The notes beneath the pieces are model-generated. The model saw only the letters and a program-made list of their open reading frames with translations, did no database searches and was not told the origin of the DNA. This document shows, in pieces, positions 1 through 13,082 of a stretch of 64,000 nucleotides of DNA. The DNA is taken from assembly GCA_951804945.1 (NCBI GenBank), contig OX638154.1:59582001-59646000 (forward strand), written 5' to 3'. The position numbers and the translations under genes were made by a program. The DNA comes from Podarcis cretensis. Taxonomy: Eukaryota. Each line of letters begins with the position of its first letter. The first letter of the stretch is position 1.

Positions 1-281
1 CGCAGAGGAGGCCCCCCTTAGGGGGATGTCGCTGTCATTCCTGCTATGAAATTGGTGGCGCTTTGCTTCTTCTCTGCCACACCACTGGCTCACTTCATAT
101 GCATGTCAAAAGAAGTGAGCATGCAGAAGAGGCAATGGCCAGTATGTGGGACTGAGAGCAGAATCTCGCACTTTCTTAAGGGCACCAGAGCCCCACCCTG
201 TGCTTGCGCCACCCCCCTATTGGGACACGCGCTTCTGCAAATCATCTACCGACTCTCTACTTCTGTTTTGTCTAAATGCAG

Positions 282-473
282 GACTTGTGGCGCCTGCCAG
301 GGCAATACATTGTGGTGCTTAAGGAGGAAACCCACAAATCTCAGACGTCAAGGACCGCCAAGCGCCTTCAGGCCAGAGCAGCCAGGCATGGCTACTTGAC
401 GAAAATCCTGCATATCTTTGAGGACCTGTTCCAGGGCTTTCTCGTGAAGATGAGTAGCGATGTGCTGCACATG
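282..473 (+). CDS. PCSK9: PCSK9 exon 2 (prodomain)
   Basis: ag|[18 protein letters not shown]...[13 protein letters not shown]|gtaagt; 192 nt. Confidence 0.96.
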
Positions 474-3400
474 GTAAGTCCCTCTTTCTGCATTGGGGCT
501 GGGGAACTCGGGATCTCTCCAGACGTGGTTCGGTCCCAACCCCCGTCAGCCCCAGCCAGCATGGCTTATAGGCAGGGACGAGGAGAGTTATAGTCCATCA
601 CGGTGCTATCAGAAATGTCCAGAGTGTGGAAGAAACTATTGTCAAAAGTATACTTAGAAGCTGGGAAAAGGCGGGCCCACCAGTCCTGTTATCTCCCCTC
701 AGTTCCAAGTCAGTCTCCTATCTCCTTCTCCTGGTCCCTGACATAGCCCAGCAGTATTTACAAGCACAATAGGTACTTATTTACGTTCAGATCCTGGCAT
801 GTCTCTCATCCAAAGCTCCCCTAGCTCTACAGTTTTATCAAATGCAGCATAAAATATACCTTGTGGGGTTCCACCAGTGGAATGGGCGTTGTTGGCTCCC
901 CACAGCTCCAGATATCTGCTCCAGAGGGTTGGAGAGATTTGGAGAGGTCTGGTTTGCCAGTCCTGCTGGCCACATGACCTGGAAGCTGTACGCCGGCTCC
1001 CTCCGCCAATAAAGCGAGATGAGCACCGCAGCCCCAGAGTCAGCCACGACTGGACCTAATGGTCAGGGGTCCCTTTACCTTTACCTTTAGGGGAGCCATA
1101 CTGGGGGGAAAGGGGAGAAGGGGAGGACCCACGCTGCAAGTGAAAGTCTCCGCCCGCGCCATGCCAAATGCCACCCAAACCCTGGGAGGGAGGGTCTTGT
1201 AGGCCATCTAGTCGAAACCTCCCTGCTAAGGATGGAGCAAGACTATCTTGTAAAAGATGGCTGTCTAGGCTGTGTTTGAATATATTTTGTGCAATGCCAT
1301 CTCAACAACAAATATAGATATTTCAAAGAAATCTGGCTAGTAAGAGCAAGGCACCATCATCTCAACAGCTGTTAACATCTGTAAAGGGGAAAAAAGGTTA
1401 AGAATTTGGCTTTTGTGGAGCAGAATCTGCTGGGATCTTTTGCTTAGTTAAAACCAGCTGCAGGTATACAGATGTTTCTTTTTCAAGTGAGATTTCTTTC
1501 AGTTTCAGACTCTTCTTTTGGTGCATCAAGCAGAATGCTTAAGTGTGCAGAAGGAAAAATTCCCAAAACACTTTGGGGGGCTAATACCTGTGTATCTGTC
1601 TGCTTTTTGTTTCTGGTTTTTGTCGTCCCTACAGTTATTTTATTTTTTTAATCATCTCTGTTGTATGAACTGTCACTAAGTCCCTGTTCCCCATTGCGTG
1701 GGGCAATGATGTGGTCCTTCTGGCAATGTGCGACTGGCTGAAATTGACCAGGATCTACTGAGTGGTGTTTGAGTTGTTTTTAGTACACAAAACTGAACAA
1801 GTACACCATGTGAATTCTACTTGTTGTATAAATATCTCAAATTGTTTTTCCCATAACCAGTAGTGGGAAGGCTGTGTGGTTGTGTTGCTCTCTTGTCTTC
1901 CTGGGGCTGTGCATGGCCGCCGCTCATAGGCAGGGAGGGGGAACAAGGCCGCAGGCGCTCAACATGGCGCAGGGGCAGAAGGAGCAGCTTGGCTTCGCTC
2001 TGCTCCCACACCATACTGAACGCCTCCTTCTCTCTGTGAGTGGCAGCGAAGCACAGAGTTGTGAAAAGTGGGGGTCAATGTAGGCTGCCATCCCTGTGTA
2101 GCCTTAGCAACCGGTACTGCCAGTAGGCCAACTGTAGTTGAAGTAAAATATATGATTGGGGTAAGAATAAATAAATCAAGGTAGTGCACTTTTAAGAGCT
2201 TTGCCTGAAAAATATGCTTTAGTTGGACTGCTTGAAAGTAAGTTAAGACATCACAACTTGGCAGCATGCTGTTCCTTTATATTGTTTAAATCTTAAAGAG
2301 AACAAAAATGGAAGATACTGGAAGCTGGACCAGTTAACATTCTAATATTAGTACAGTAAGCGTCCAACGTAAACTTGTGGGCATTCAGCTTTATGTGTGT
2401 GGTAAAAAAATAAAGAAAAATTTAAAGGGAGGTGGTTCTGGAGATGTATGACCTTGGCAGTCCTCCCCCCTCCAACATTGAATGGGATAACTCAGGCAGT
2501 AAAGCATGACTCTTAATCTCAGGCTCACGGGTTTGAGCCTCACAGTGAGTGAAAGATTCCCTTCCAACTCTACAAGTCTGTGATTCTGTTTTCACTATAT
2601 GTGACTTTGGCTTTTGGCGGTCTCCCTGGAAATAACCCTAACATAAGTTGTGGGCTTACTGTATGGCCAAGGACCTGTGCAGAAACACACACACACACAC
2701 ACACACTCACTCACTCACTCACTCCCCTTTGAAACTGAACAATTTGACTGGCATTGTACTCATTCCTTATGTTACTAATTTATATTATGAAACAATGCAT
2801 TTTTTAAAACAGATTTTTTTTTTTCTGCAGAAAAATACTTAACTTGTTCACCGAATTTATTTCCTCCTCAAGGAGCCCCAGGGCTTCAGATAGACATACA
2901 ATTTGAAAGCAAAGCAAAAACATTCTAAAGCAGTTTAAATATTCTAAAAAACAGTAACAAAAAACATCTAAAAGTTTTGGTTAAAAACGTTTGGTTAAAA
3001 AGCAGTTACAGTTAGAACATTCTAAAAGCAATTGCTTTACTCTTTGTCCCCGTGGGAAGTGTTTGGGAGGTGTTTTGTGATGGCCTTCCCCCTTTCGTTC
3101 TGAGAAGGGCATATTTGCATGGACTCCTGTGGCTTTTTACAGGACAACTGATAACCCAGTGGTCCTTTCCAAACATTTCATAATCTTACGATAAGGCAGG
3201 TGCCATTTGAGAAATCCAAAGTGATGCAAGACTCAGTGGAGGCAAATAGGTTTGCTTAATCACTTCCTAGCCACTTACGATGCCAGATACGCCTCAGGCT
3301 GGTAGCTCTGTGAAAGTCGGCGAATCAGAGAACTTAAGAGCGTTGCAACGCTAAAGATGATGCCAGGTGTGCCGCTGCTTAGGGGAAATCATCCGATGCA

Positions 3401-6266
3401 GAATGCAAACACTCCTGATTTGGGTTTTCTAGAACAACTCATTGACACAGCTCTCTCTGCAGGGTTTTAGACACCCATGTGCAAGTTGCGACAGGTGCAG
3501 GGAAGAGCATCTCATGCCCTCTGTTTGGCTATGCTTGCGGTCACCAAGGCTTGTCTGCACACGCATAAGGGAAGTGGAAGGGAAAATATTCAGGAGTGCT
3601 CACAGATGGATGTGTGCGCATGCATGCACATACCCAAAGAGAGAATGGGCGAGAGGATTAGAATTTGTGTGGGAGCATGAGAGAGATCGAGATTGTGTAT
3701 GCGTGTTTGGTGTATGTTTGTGGGGGGCAGCGACCACAGAGTTAGCCTGCAGCAAGGAGATTCTCCCACAGTCTGCCAGTGGTGTGCTTTCTGCATGCAG
3801 TAGATATTTACCAACAAAGGCCTCAAGCGCTGAGCGCACACAGGAGAATTTGTGACTTGCTGCTACAACAGTTTGAGCTGCTTTGAGAAAAAGAGGCTGG
3901 AAATGCTCCCTAAATGGTGGCAAAGGGGAAATTAGCAAATGTGAGCTAGAAGTCAGACGGTGGAAGGAATTTTGTCAGACATTGGTTATTAGAGTTATTA
4001 GAATTGGAGTTATTAGAGTTATCCAGCTGTTAGAGTTATCCAGAATTGGAGGAGTATGTCTTTTTCCATTTGTTAAGTACCTGCCGTAATGCTGAGTTCG
4101 ATAATAGCTGCATAACTTTATCAACAAAACTAATGGTAATGACAAGAAAATTAAAAACAAAGCTATCAGAGATTATAAAATCAGAGAATTGTAGAGTTGG
4201 AACCCCCCAAGGTCATCTAGTTCCGCTCCCTGCAATGCAGGAATCTTTTTGCCCAATGAAGGGAATGGGCTTACAAAAACAGTTACGGGAGCAAGTGATG
4301 TTGCTGGATGTCAGGCGTAGTTGAATGCATTTATGAAACAGAAGCCTGCACAATTTTGTAAGAAGGACATGTTGTGCATAGAGAAGAAGAGAAGTCTTTG
4401 GTCTCTGTCCTGCCATCTTTCTGGGTCTGAAGGGATTGGAGTCCAGCAATGTCTGGAGGGCCAAAAGTTCCCCAGTCCTTCTCTCAGCTCCTCCACCTTG
4501 CCTGCTGCACTCCTATCCTTACCGCCACCAACCTTTCCATTTTCCTCTCTCGTCCCTACCCTTGCCCTAAATCTCCAGCACCTTCCCACCCTGCTAGGCT
4601 TCCACATTCCATTCCGTGTCTCTTTAGCTTCCTCAGTACCAGCCAGACTGGCTTCTGATTCCTGCAGGGAAGGAAGGCTCTGCTTGTGCTTCCAAATGAC
4701 TATGGAACAAGGTTGGATGGGCAGGTCACCACACAAGGCAGGGCCTTCTTATGGTGACACCCCAGTTCTGTTGAGATCAATGTAAGCCGCACTCATGGCT
4801 CCTCCAGTTCACCTGTTAAGCATTCATCCTGATTTGCTTGCACAAGGTTTACACAGAGGTTAGATTGTACCCAGTCTTTATTGAGCATTCGTCCTGATCT
4901 GTTTGAGCCGGTGTATACCATCTGCATGTTAATCCTCTGTTGACCTACTTTTCGGTGCATTTCCCGGTCACTTTCGAAACCAGTTTCTTTTTAAAAGTGC
5001 TCCAGGGCACTAATTGTATAAATCTGAATTTCCAGATGCTCTCTCATTGGTGGGGAGGAGCCGCAGGTAGAAGAGGAAATTACACAAATGGCCTCTCTCC
5101 ACATTCCGTTTGATTTTGGACTCCACCTCCCATTAGCCCCAGCCAACATGGCCACTGCTCAGGGTGATGGGAGTTGTAGTCCAACAACATCTGAAGGCCC
5201 ACAGATCCCCCATTCCTGTTATATGCTCTGTATACTTGTAGGAGAAGAGTAGGATGATGGCAATGATATTTCTTGCGTGACTTGCACAGTTCTTCCCGTG
5301 TCGTCTTTTGTGCAGGCTTTGAGACTACCGCATGTGGATTATATAGAAGAGGACTCCTATGTGTTTGCTCAGAGCATTCCCTGGAACCTGGGCCGGATTG
5401 TCCCTGTGCAAGGCGGATCTACTGAATATAATCCTCCCAGTAGGTGATATTCCCATTCAACCATGTGTGCATGAGATGCCAAATATCTATGGAATCAACA
5501 ACAAAATCCTATGCAGAGGGATGGCGCTACCTATCACTGATTGCTTGGTCTGCCACTATGTGTTTCACATGGTACTGCATTCCATGGGTGTGGGGCCACC
5601 ATCAATAAGGCTCTGTTTCACATGCTTGCTGCACATACAGCCCTATTTGGGCCTGAGCCCGTCACATGACAATAGCGAGATCCAGTGGATCTCAGGCTGG
5701 CTTAGTCCTGCCCCTCTTTTCCCCAGGAGCACTCTATCTGGGGGCTTTCTGCTGGCGAATAACTTGCCAGCTTGCCTCTCATCCCCATGCTTGGCAGCTG
5801 ATGCAGGGCTGGGCTGAGCCAGTGGAGATGAGCAGAGGAAAGAGCCGTGCTGAATCCACCCACCCAACCTGGCTTGGTTTGAGGGTTGCTTTGAATTGCT
5901 CTGCATGTATATACACGCACGTCTTATGTTTGTAACATAGTTTTTATTCATTTCCTTCTCTAAACTGTTCAACATGATTGCATTGGGATTCATCTTTGTT
6001 TAGTTTAGAGCATATGACATGCAACAATTACATGAAATTTAAAATGGAAATAAAACAACCATAAGTACTCAGGTAAACGTTTCTGAATCTGTTAACAAAG
6101 TTGGGTCAAAATGGAGACCTTTGGGTGACAAGCAACTGGTAAGTTTAATAAATGAATGAAATGAGTGTTTGTGCCAAAATGATCACCATTGTTGCAGATA
6201 TGAAGTTTTATATATAGTAAAGTGCATTGATTGCTTCGATGGGTGACCAAAAGTAAAAGGTATTTT

Positions 6267-6304
<38 letters not shown>

Positions 6305-9300
6305 CATAATAATAATAATGATTTTTTATTTATATCCTGCCCTCCCCAGCTGAAGCCGGGCTCTAACAATTAGAATTTATAGGAAGGGAGGAGGAAGCAG
6401 GGAAGGGGGAGAAATTAAAGCATGTACTTCATTATACACACGTTTCTGATTAAAACAAAATTTAACAATAAGCAGAGTGGATTTTCTGAATATCTCTTTT
6501 TGTTTTCTGCTAAAACCACTAGATGCTTAAATGCTGAGACCTCAAATAATTACTGGATAGGCTACTTCACTTTTTAAATAGCAAAGCAGACTGACTCACC
6601 CCTATCCCAATTTCCGCTTTCCGAAGATTGCAAATCTGGCCTTAACGAAAGAGAAACAGAGCCGCTAACTCGCTTGTATTGCCTTTGATCACCAGAATAG
6701 AAGGGATAATCGTGTTAAGTCCAATCTTCCATTTCCTTCCCTGCCTGCTCCGTACAAGACAAAATTGGAGCAGCTCCCTTTATAAATTGCTTGCGCAAGA
6801 TAAACCTCATTGTATATTGGCATGCTGGGATGCTGCGTTGAGAGCAACGCCTTCACTGCCTCTAGGCGTCACTGACTGACTGTCTCCTCTTTTTAGACAG
6901 AGGCGACCTGGTTGAAGTTTATCTGCTGGACACTGGGGTCCAGAGCAACCACCGAGAGATCGAGGGCAGAGTGTTCATGACTGAATTTGAGAACGTCCCA
7001 GAAGAAGATGGCACTCGCTTCCACCGACAGGTACGCCAGCTCTGCTACACGAGCAATGGCGACTTTCTTGCCACCTTCCCCTTTTACCAGTGACGTTGCT
7101 AGAACCCTACGTTTATTATGATGGCTCAACCCTGAAACCTTTAGTCCTTGGAGGAGATTTGTGGGATTAAGCACCAGTTACGGTGTTTCTGTGGGAGCAG
7201 CATGTGTAATTCAATCTGTCAGTTTCTTCAGGCCCACTTCTTCGTTATGTTGAAAAGGGATGCTCGAACTGTACCGCTGGGAAGTGGGTACGTTCTTAAC
7301 AGACACTCACCATTGTGGGTGCTGATTGTGCTTCTGTGCATCCCAGTGAGATGCCATTTGTGGACAGACCTGACTGCAGCCAGATTCCCTCTGACCAAGA
7401 TGTTGGAGTCCTAGTCTTCCCATTGGGTCTCTTCCTCTCCTCCAGGGCGGAATGGCCTCTTAAGGTGGTTTCAAATATGTACATTGCATGGAGATTTCCA
7501 GATTGAATGGCACAATTGCGGTGGAAATCTATGCACATGCTCAGTGCCATCTTAAGAGGCCTAAAGCCAGTGAGATAGGGTCCAGGGCAGCATTTTTCAA
7601 ATAAAATTGAACCAAAAATTTCATACCAACTAATTTTTGCGCTGCAATTTGACACCTGAGGCTGGGCTTTCATCCTGCCTTTGTGGGTTGAATTGAGGGA
7701 AAAGCCCACAGAAGGAGTCTGGTGGAAGTTGATTTTTCAACCCTGATGGCCTCCCCCCCAGAAAAGCCACTCCTTTGGGTTGGGGTACCTTGTTGAATAG
7801 GGTGGGATGTGAGGATGATGATAATAATATATTATTTATACCCCTCCCATTTGGCTAGGTTTCCCCAGCCACTCTGGGCGGCTTCCAACAAAGTATTAAA
7901 ATACAGTGGTCTGTTAAACATTAAAAGCTTCTCTAAACAGGGCTGCCTTCAGATGTCTTCTAAAAGTCTGGAAGTTGTTCTTCTCTTTGAGATCTGGTGG
8001 GAGGGCTTTCCACAGGGCGGGTGCCACTACCGAGAAGGCCCTCTGCCTGGTTCCCTGTAACTTGGCTTCTCGCAGCGAGGGAACCGCCAGAAGGCCCTCG
8101 GTGCTGGAACTCAGTGTCCAGGCTGAATGATGGGGGTGGAGACGCTCCTTCAGGTGTCGTGGGCTCAGGAGGAAGGAGCCAGTCCTCGCAAATTGAGCAG
8201 AAGCACCTTACAGGAGCTACCTCCACCTGACTTCTGAGGATCCTCCCTTAGCCCTTTATACCAGAGCCTACTCCACTGAGCAGGGTCCCCTTTCTCTAGG
8301 GAGAGGTTTTGGGGGAGGGGCTGTCAAAAGGTGGGCAGAGTGTGAAAACCAGCTTCAGCCAGTCCCCTTCTTCAGGCTTCCCCCTTGAGCCAACCCCATG
8401 GATTCTTCAGTCACAGTGAGGCTTTTGTTCAGGCATTATCAATCAATGTTTTTGTGCTTTGCTGAGTTATTGTCGCATCTGAAAGGCCCCATGTGCTCGT
8501 CATGCTTTCTCCGTATATGTATGGCAGGGGAGGCCCCGTAACATTTGTGACTGGCTTTTTAACATGAGCTGTCATGCCGACATCTTGTTCCGTTGCTGAA
8601 TTCCTCATAAAAACGTGTTACTGCGTTTGGCGGCACCACTGGGATGGTGTTTTCTTGAAGCGGGAAGTGTCAGTTGAGCAAGTAGGCCGGAGGCAGTTCA
8701 GTTGCTTTTTATCTGTAATGACAATCTCTCCTTATGTGAAGGATCAAGGGGCTTCCAGCCTCTCATATTTGTGGCACAAGCTGGGTCTGCTTAAAGCCCC
8801 TAATATTTTTCTCAACCTCTGCAGCCCCCCTCTCAATTTAGCATGTTAGTAATGGGGAGGGTGGCGCTGTGGTGACGCTGTGGTGACGCAGGTGGCGCTG
8901 TGGGTTAAAGCCTCAGCGCCTAGGGCTTGCCGATCGAAAGGTCGGCGGTTCGAATCCCTGCGGCGGGGTGCGCTCCCGCTGCTCGGTCCCAGCGCCTGCC
9001 AACCTAGCAGTTCGAAAGCACCTCCGGGTGCAAGTAGATAAATAGGGACCGCTTACCAGCGGGAAGATAAACGGCGTTTCCGTGTGCGGCTCTGGCTCTG
9101 GCTCTGGCTCTGGCCAGAGCAGTGATGTCACGCTGGCCACGTGACCCGGAAGTGTCTCCGGACAGCGCTGGCCCCTGGCCTCTTAAGTGAGATGGGCGCA
9201 CAACCCCAGAGTCTGTCAAGACTGGCCCGTACGGGCAGGGGTACCTTTACCTTTACCTAATGGGGAGGGAGAGCAGTCAGCTCTTCACAAGATGAGGGGA

Positions 9301-12300
9301 AATGGTTTGGTTGTTTTTGCCTAGCGAAGGGGTGAATAATGGGGCCTTTGGACAGCATAGCATTTCAAGATAGCTTTGAAAGGATGAAATTATGGCTCCA
9401 GTCATGCCTACCCTTTTACATTGGGAGCATTTATTCCTCTCTCTCTGCCCCTTCCAATAATGGTAGCATTTAATCAATTCCTGTCCTGAATTATGTCTTC
9501 ACGTCACCCCGACATTCTACTGTTGCTCTTTTTCCAAATACAGTGGTACCTTGGGTTAAATATGCTTCAGGTTACACGCGCTTCAAGTTACAGACTCCGC
9601 TAACCCAGAAATAGTACCTCGGGTTAAGAAGTTTGCTTCAGGATAAGAACAGAAATTGCGCGGTGGCAGCGGGAGGCCCCATTAGCTAAAGTGGTACCTC
9701 AGGTTACAAACAGTTTCAGGTTAAGAATGGACCTCCGGAACGAATTAAGTTCTTAACCCGAGGTACCACTGTAGTTTTCAGTAAAAATTAATTTAGAATT
9801 CTGTAATATAATTCAGCACTTCACATTCTTTAGGTTCCTCTTTTTCCTCCTGTCTGTCGAAGGCAACAGAACCACCCGGTTCTTTAGCCACGCTGAGGCC
9901 GCAGGGTGGTTTTGAACCCGACGACGTGAAGGATTGCCATTCCTGGTGTGCGTGAGGGGGCAGAAACAGGTGATAAATGGCGAACTTTATGCTTTGTGGC
10001 AGGCCAGCAAGTGTGACAGCCATGGGACCCACATGGCTGGCGTTGTGAGTGGGAGGGATGCCGGCATCGCCAAAGGAGCCAGCGTGAGCAGCCTCCGAGT
10101 GCTCAACTGCCAGGGGAAGGGCACTGTGAGTGGCACTCTGATGGGTGAGTAAGCAGCAGCTGTTCACCAAGGGGGAGCGGAACTCTGGAGTCCAAATCTG
10201 TCAAATCCCAGCCAGACTTTGGATGTTGCTGATCCACCACTGCCTGGGGGAGGAGCCTGTTGGGTTGAATGGACTTAGATATTCAGTCCAGTTCTTATGA
10301 ACTCAGCTCTCGCTTTGTTTGGCACCCAGTCAGGTTTAAAAACAAAAGGGGGAGAGAGAGAGAATGCGGTCAAAATCTATTTTATATTCAGAGACGGAGC
10401 TTATTTTGTGGTTTCATATTTGAGGACCCCAAAGGAGAAATACTTAAGAATTTAATGGAAGTTTCTTGGACGTATGTTGACCTCCACAGCCCACTTCAAT
10501 GGGTGCATGGCTCTGTCAGCAGGACTCTAGCTCAAGAAAGTTTCTGCCATAACAAATGTTTGTCTTTCATTCCCACAAAAGTCTTCTTGGTTTTTTTTTT
10601 TTTGTTTTGTACTATCACTGGCTAACCCTTTTGTCCATTGCACTTGCATGGTTCCTAACTTTAAAACAAACGACGTTTTCTTCTCCTTCCTTTTCTGCAT
10701 AGGACAGATGTGTGTACAAAAAACTCCTTTCCCTCTTTCACATGTGCTCTACTGGTTTGTCTCCCCAGCTCAGAAACAGGGCAAAGCACACACTGTGAAA
10801 AGACGTGCCTTGTGCCCTCTCGTTTGAGCAAGACAGCTCAGCTGCCCATTTCCTTTTTTTCACATGACAGGATTGGAGTTCATTAAGAAGACCCTGGATG
10901 TCCAGCCCTACAGCCCTCTGGTTGTCTTGCTTCCCTTGGCTGGTGGTTATAGCCACATCCTGAACACGGCCTGTCGCCTGATGGTCCGGATGGGGGTGGT
11001 GATAATCGCTGCAGCGGGCAACTACAAGGAAGATGCTTGCTTGTATTCACCGGCATCAGAACCAGAGGTACGTGAGAGGGTTAGCTTGCTCCCTTGTTCT
11101 AGGCCCGTAGTAAAGTAGCCCAGTAATTATTTGTGCCCCAAGGAAGCTTCCTGATTATCTCATCACGGATACATCTTTCACATGGTTGTAAACACAGTGC
11201 TCTTCCATTGAGACAGTTTGCCACCTGGAACTGCCACTCATCCACTGTGCAGTTGTCAAGTACTGACTGGTGCACACACCTGGGCTAGCCTACCTGCCAT
11301 TTGATGGAATATTAACACTCCAGGGCAAGGCATGGAAAGATGGGCGACTGCTGCCACCTGCATCCTCCAAACCAAGGACCGGGCAGCTTACGGATGGAGA
11401 AAGATTCAGTTGCTGCCCTAGAGCATGTTGTGGATATCTTGGCCAAGCCACACATTCCTTTCTGCAACTACATTGACTCCAGATGTAAAGAGGGGGAGGC
11501 TGGCACTTAGCCTTGTGGGTCGTGATTCTCAGAGCAGGGTCTGTACCACAGCCCACTTACAGAGTTGGCTGAAGAGGAAGCCATTAAAAACACACATGCT
11601 AATATTTTCTGGAGTCTCTGGTCACACCCACACCATCCTATCTCCCTATAGCACTACTATACCACTTGATGATAACAGTCGTGGAGAATCCTGGAAACTT
11701 GTTCGGGTGCTGGGAGTTGTAGCTCTGTGAGGTCAGTACCCTTCACAAGCCACAGTTCGCAGGATTCTTTGGGGGAAGCCACAACTGTTGAAGCGGTGTA
11801 AGAATGCTCTAAACCAGAGGTTGGCAATCTAAGGCCCATGGGCCGGAAGCGGCCCATGAGCCGCCACCAAACCAAGCCGCACACTCGGCAAGTCCCTGTG
11901 CGCTGTGCGAAACCGGAGCAGCGCAGCGTGGGGACTCTTCCACAGCACCGGAAATCACTTCTGTGCATGCCCAGATGCTGAAAAGTGCTTCTGCACAGAC
12001 GTGATTTCCAGCGTTGCGCTGTGCCAGCCCAGCTCACGGAGGATCTCGCGGGAGTGATCCGGCCTATGCCTGGTAAGCCTGGCAACCCCTGCTCTAAATG
12101 CCTGGGGTGGACAGGACCTCTTCCAGGTGTTTCTGGGTGTTTTCCCATCGACGTTGCACAATGTGCTTGTGCTGTTTAAATATACACTAGAGTTTAAATG
12201 TAGGTTTGACAGTGGAACTAATTACTCAGGCAGGTTGGCAGTGGGATGTCTCTTGCAGAGGCTGGACAGTCCATCTGCTGGATGTTTCCTGCATTGAGTA

Positions 12301-13050
12301 GAGGATTTGATTTGATGGCTTCTGCCATCTAAGACCCTCTGCACCTCTAGGAGTTTGCCTTTCTTCTTTGCTCCACACCACCCATGATTAGGTCTTGTGT
12401 CGTCATAGGTTATCACAGTGGGGGCCACCAATGTTCAGGACCAGCCTGCTTCCATGGGCTCCTTGGGGACCAACTTTGGCCGTTGTGTGGACGTTTTCGC
12501 CCCCGGAGACGATATCATCGGTGCCTCCAGCGACTGCACGACTTGCTTCACCTCACAGAGCGGGACATCCCAAGCAGCTGCGCATGTGGCAGGTAAAAAC
12601 CTTACGGCAGAATTTGTGTGACTGCTGCTTGGCTCCCAGCGGGGTCGAACTCACGGAATCTCTCTGTGTCTCTAGTCACACCCATGCCAAACATTTAAAG
12701 CACATGGCTTCCTCCCAAGGAATCGTCTGAACTGTAGTTTGTCAAGGATGCTGGGAATTCTAGCTCTGTGTGAGAGGTGAACCATGGTTCCTATAATTTT
12801 TTTGTCTGGTAGTTGTTTTTCTCTTTGACATCTGGTGGGAGGGTGCCACTACCAGGAAGGCCCTCTGCCAGTGCCCTGGATGTAATGTGCCCGCTGGATT
12901 CATCTCACATTTGGCAGTAGTGTGAAAGGGACCCCATGTACATAGGGCTTACCTTTATCACGAGATAGTGGGAGGGCAACCTTGTTACTCATACTCAGTC
13001 TCTCAGCTGCCTTTGAAAAGGTTGGCCATGGTCTCCTAGATAGACTGATT

Positions 13051-13082
<32 letters not shown>

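Noticed and set aside
8913-9140. ORF with PEPEPEPE repeat
   Set aside because: Antisense reading of the (GGCTCT)n expansion inside a Sauria SINE
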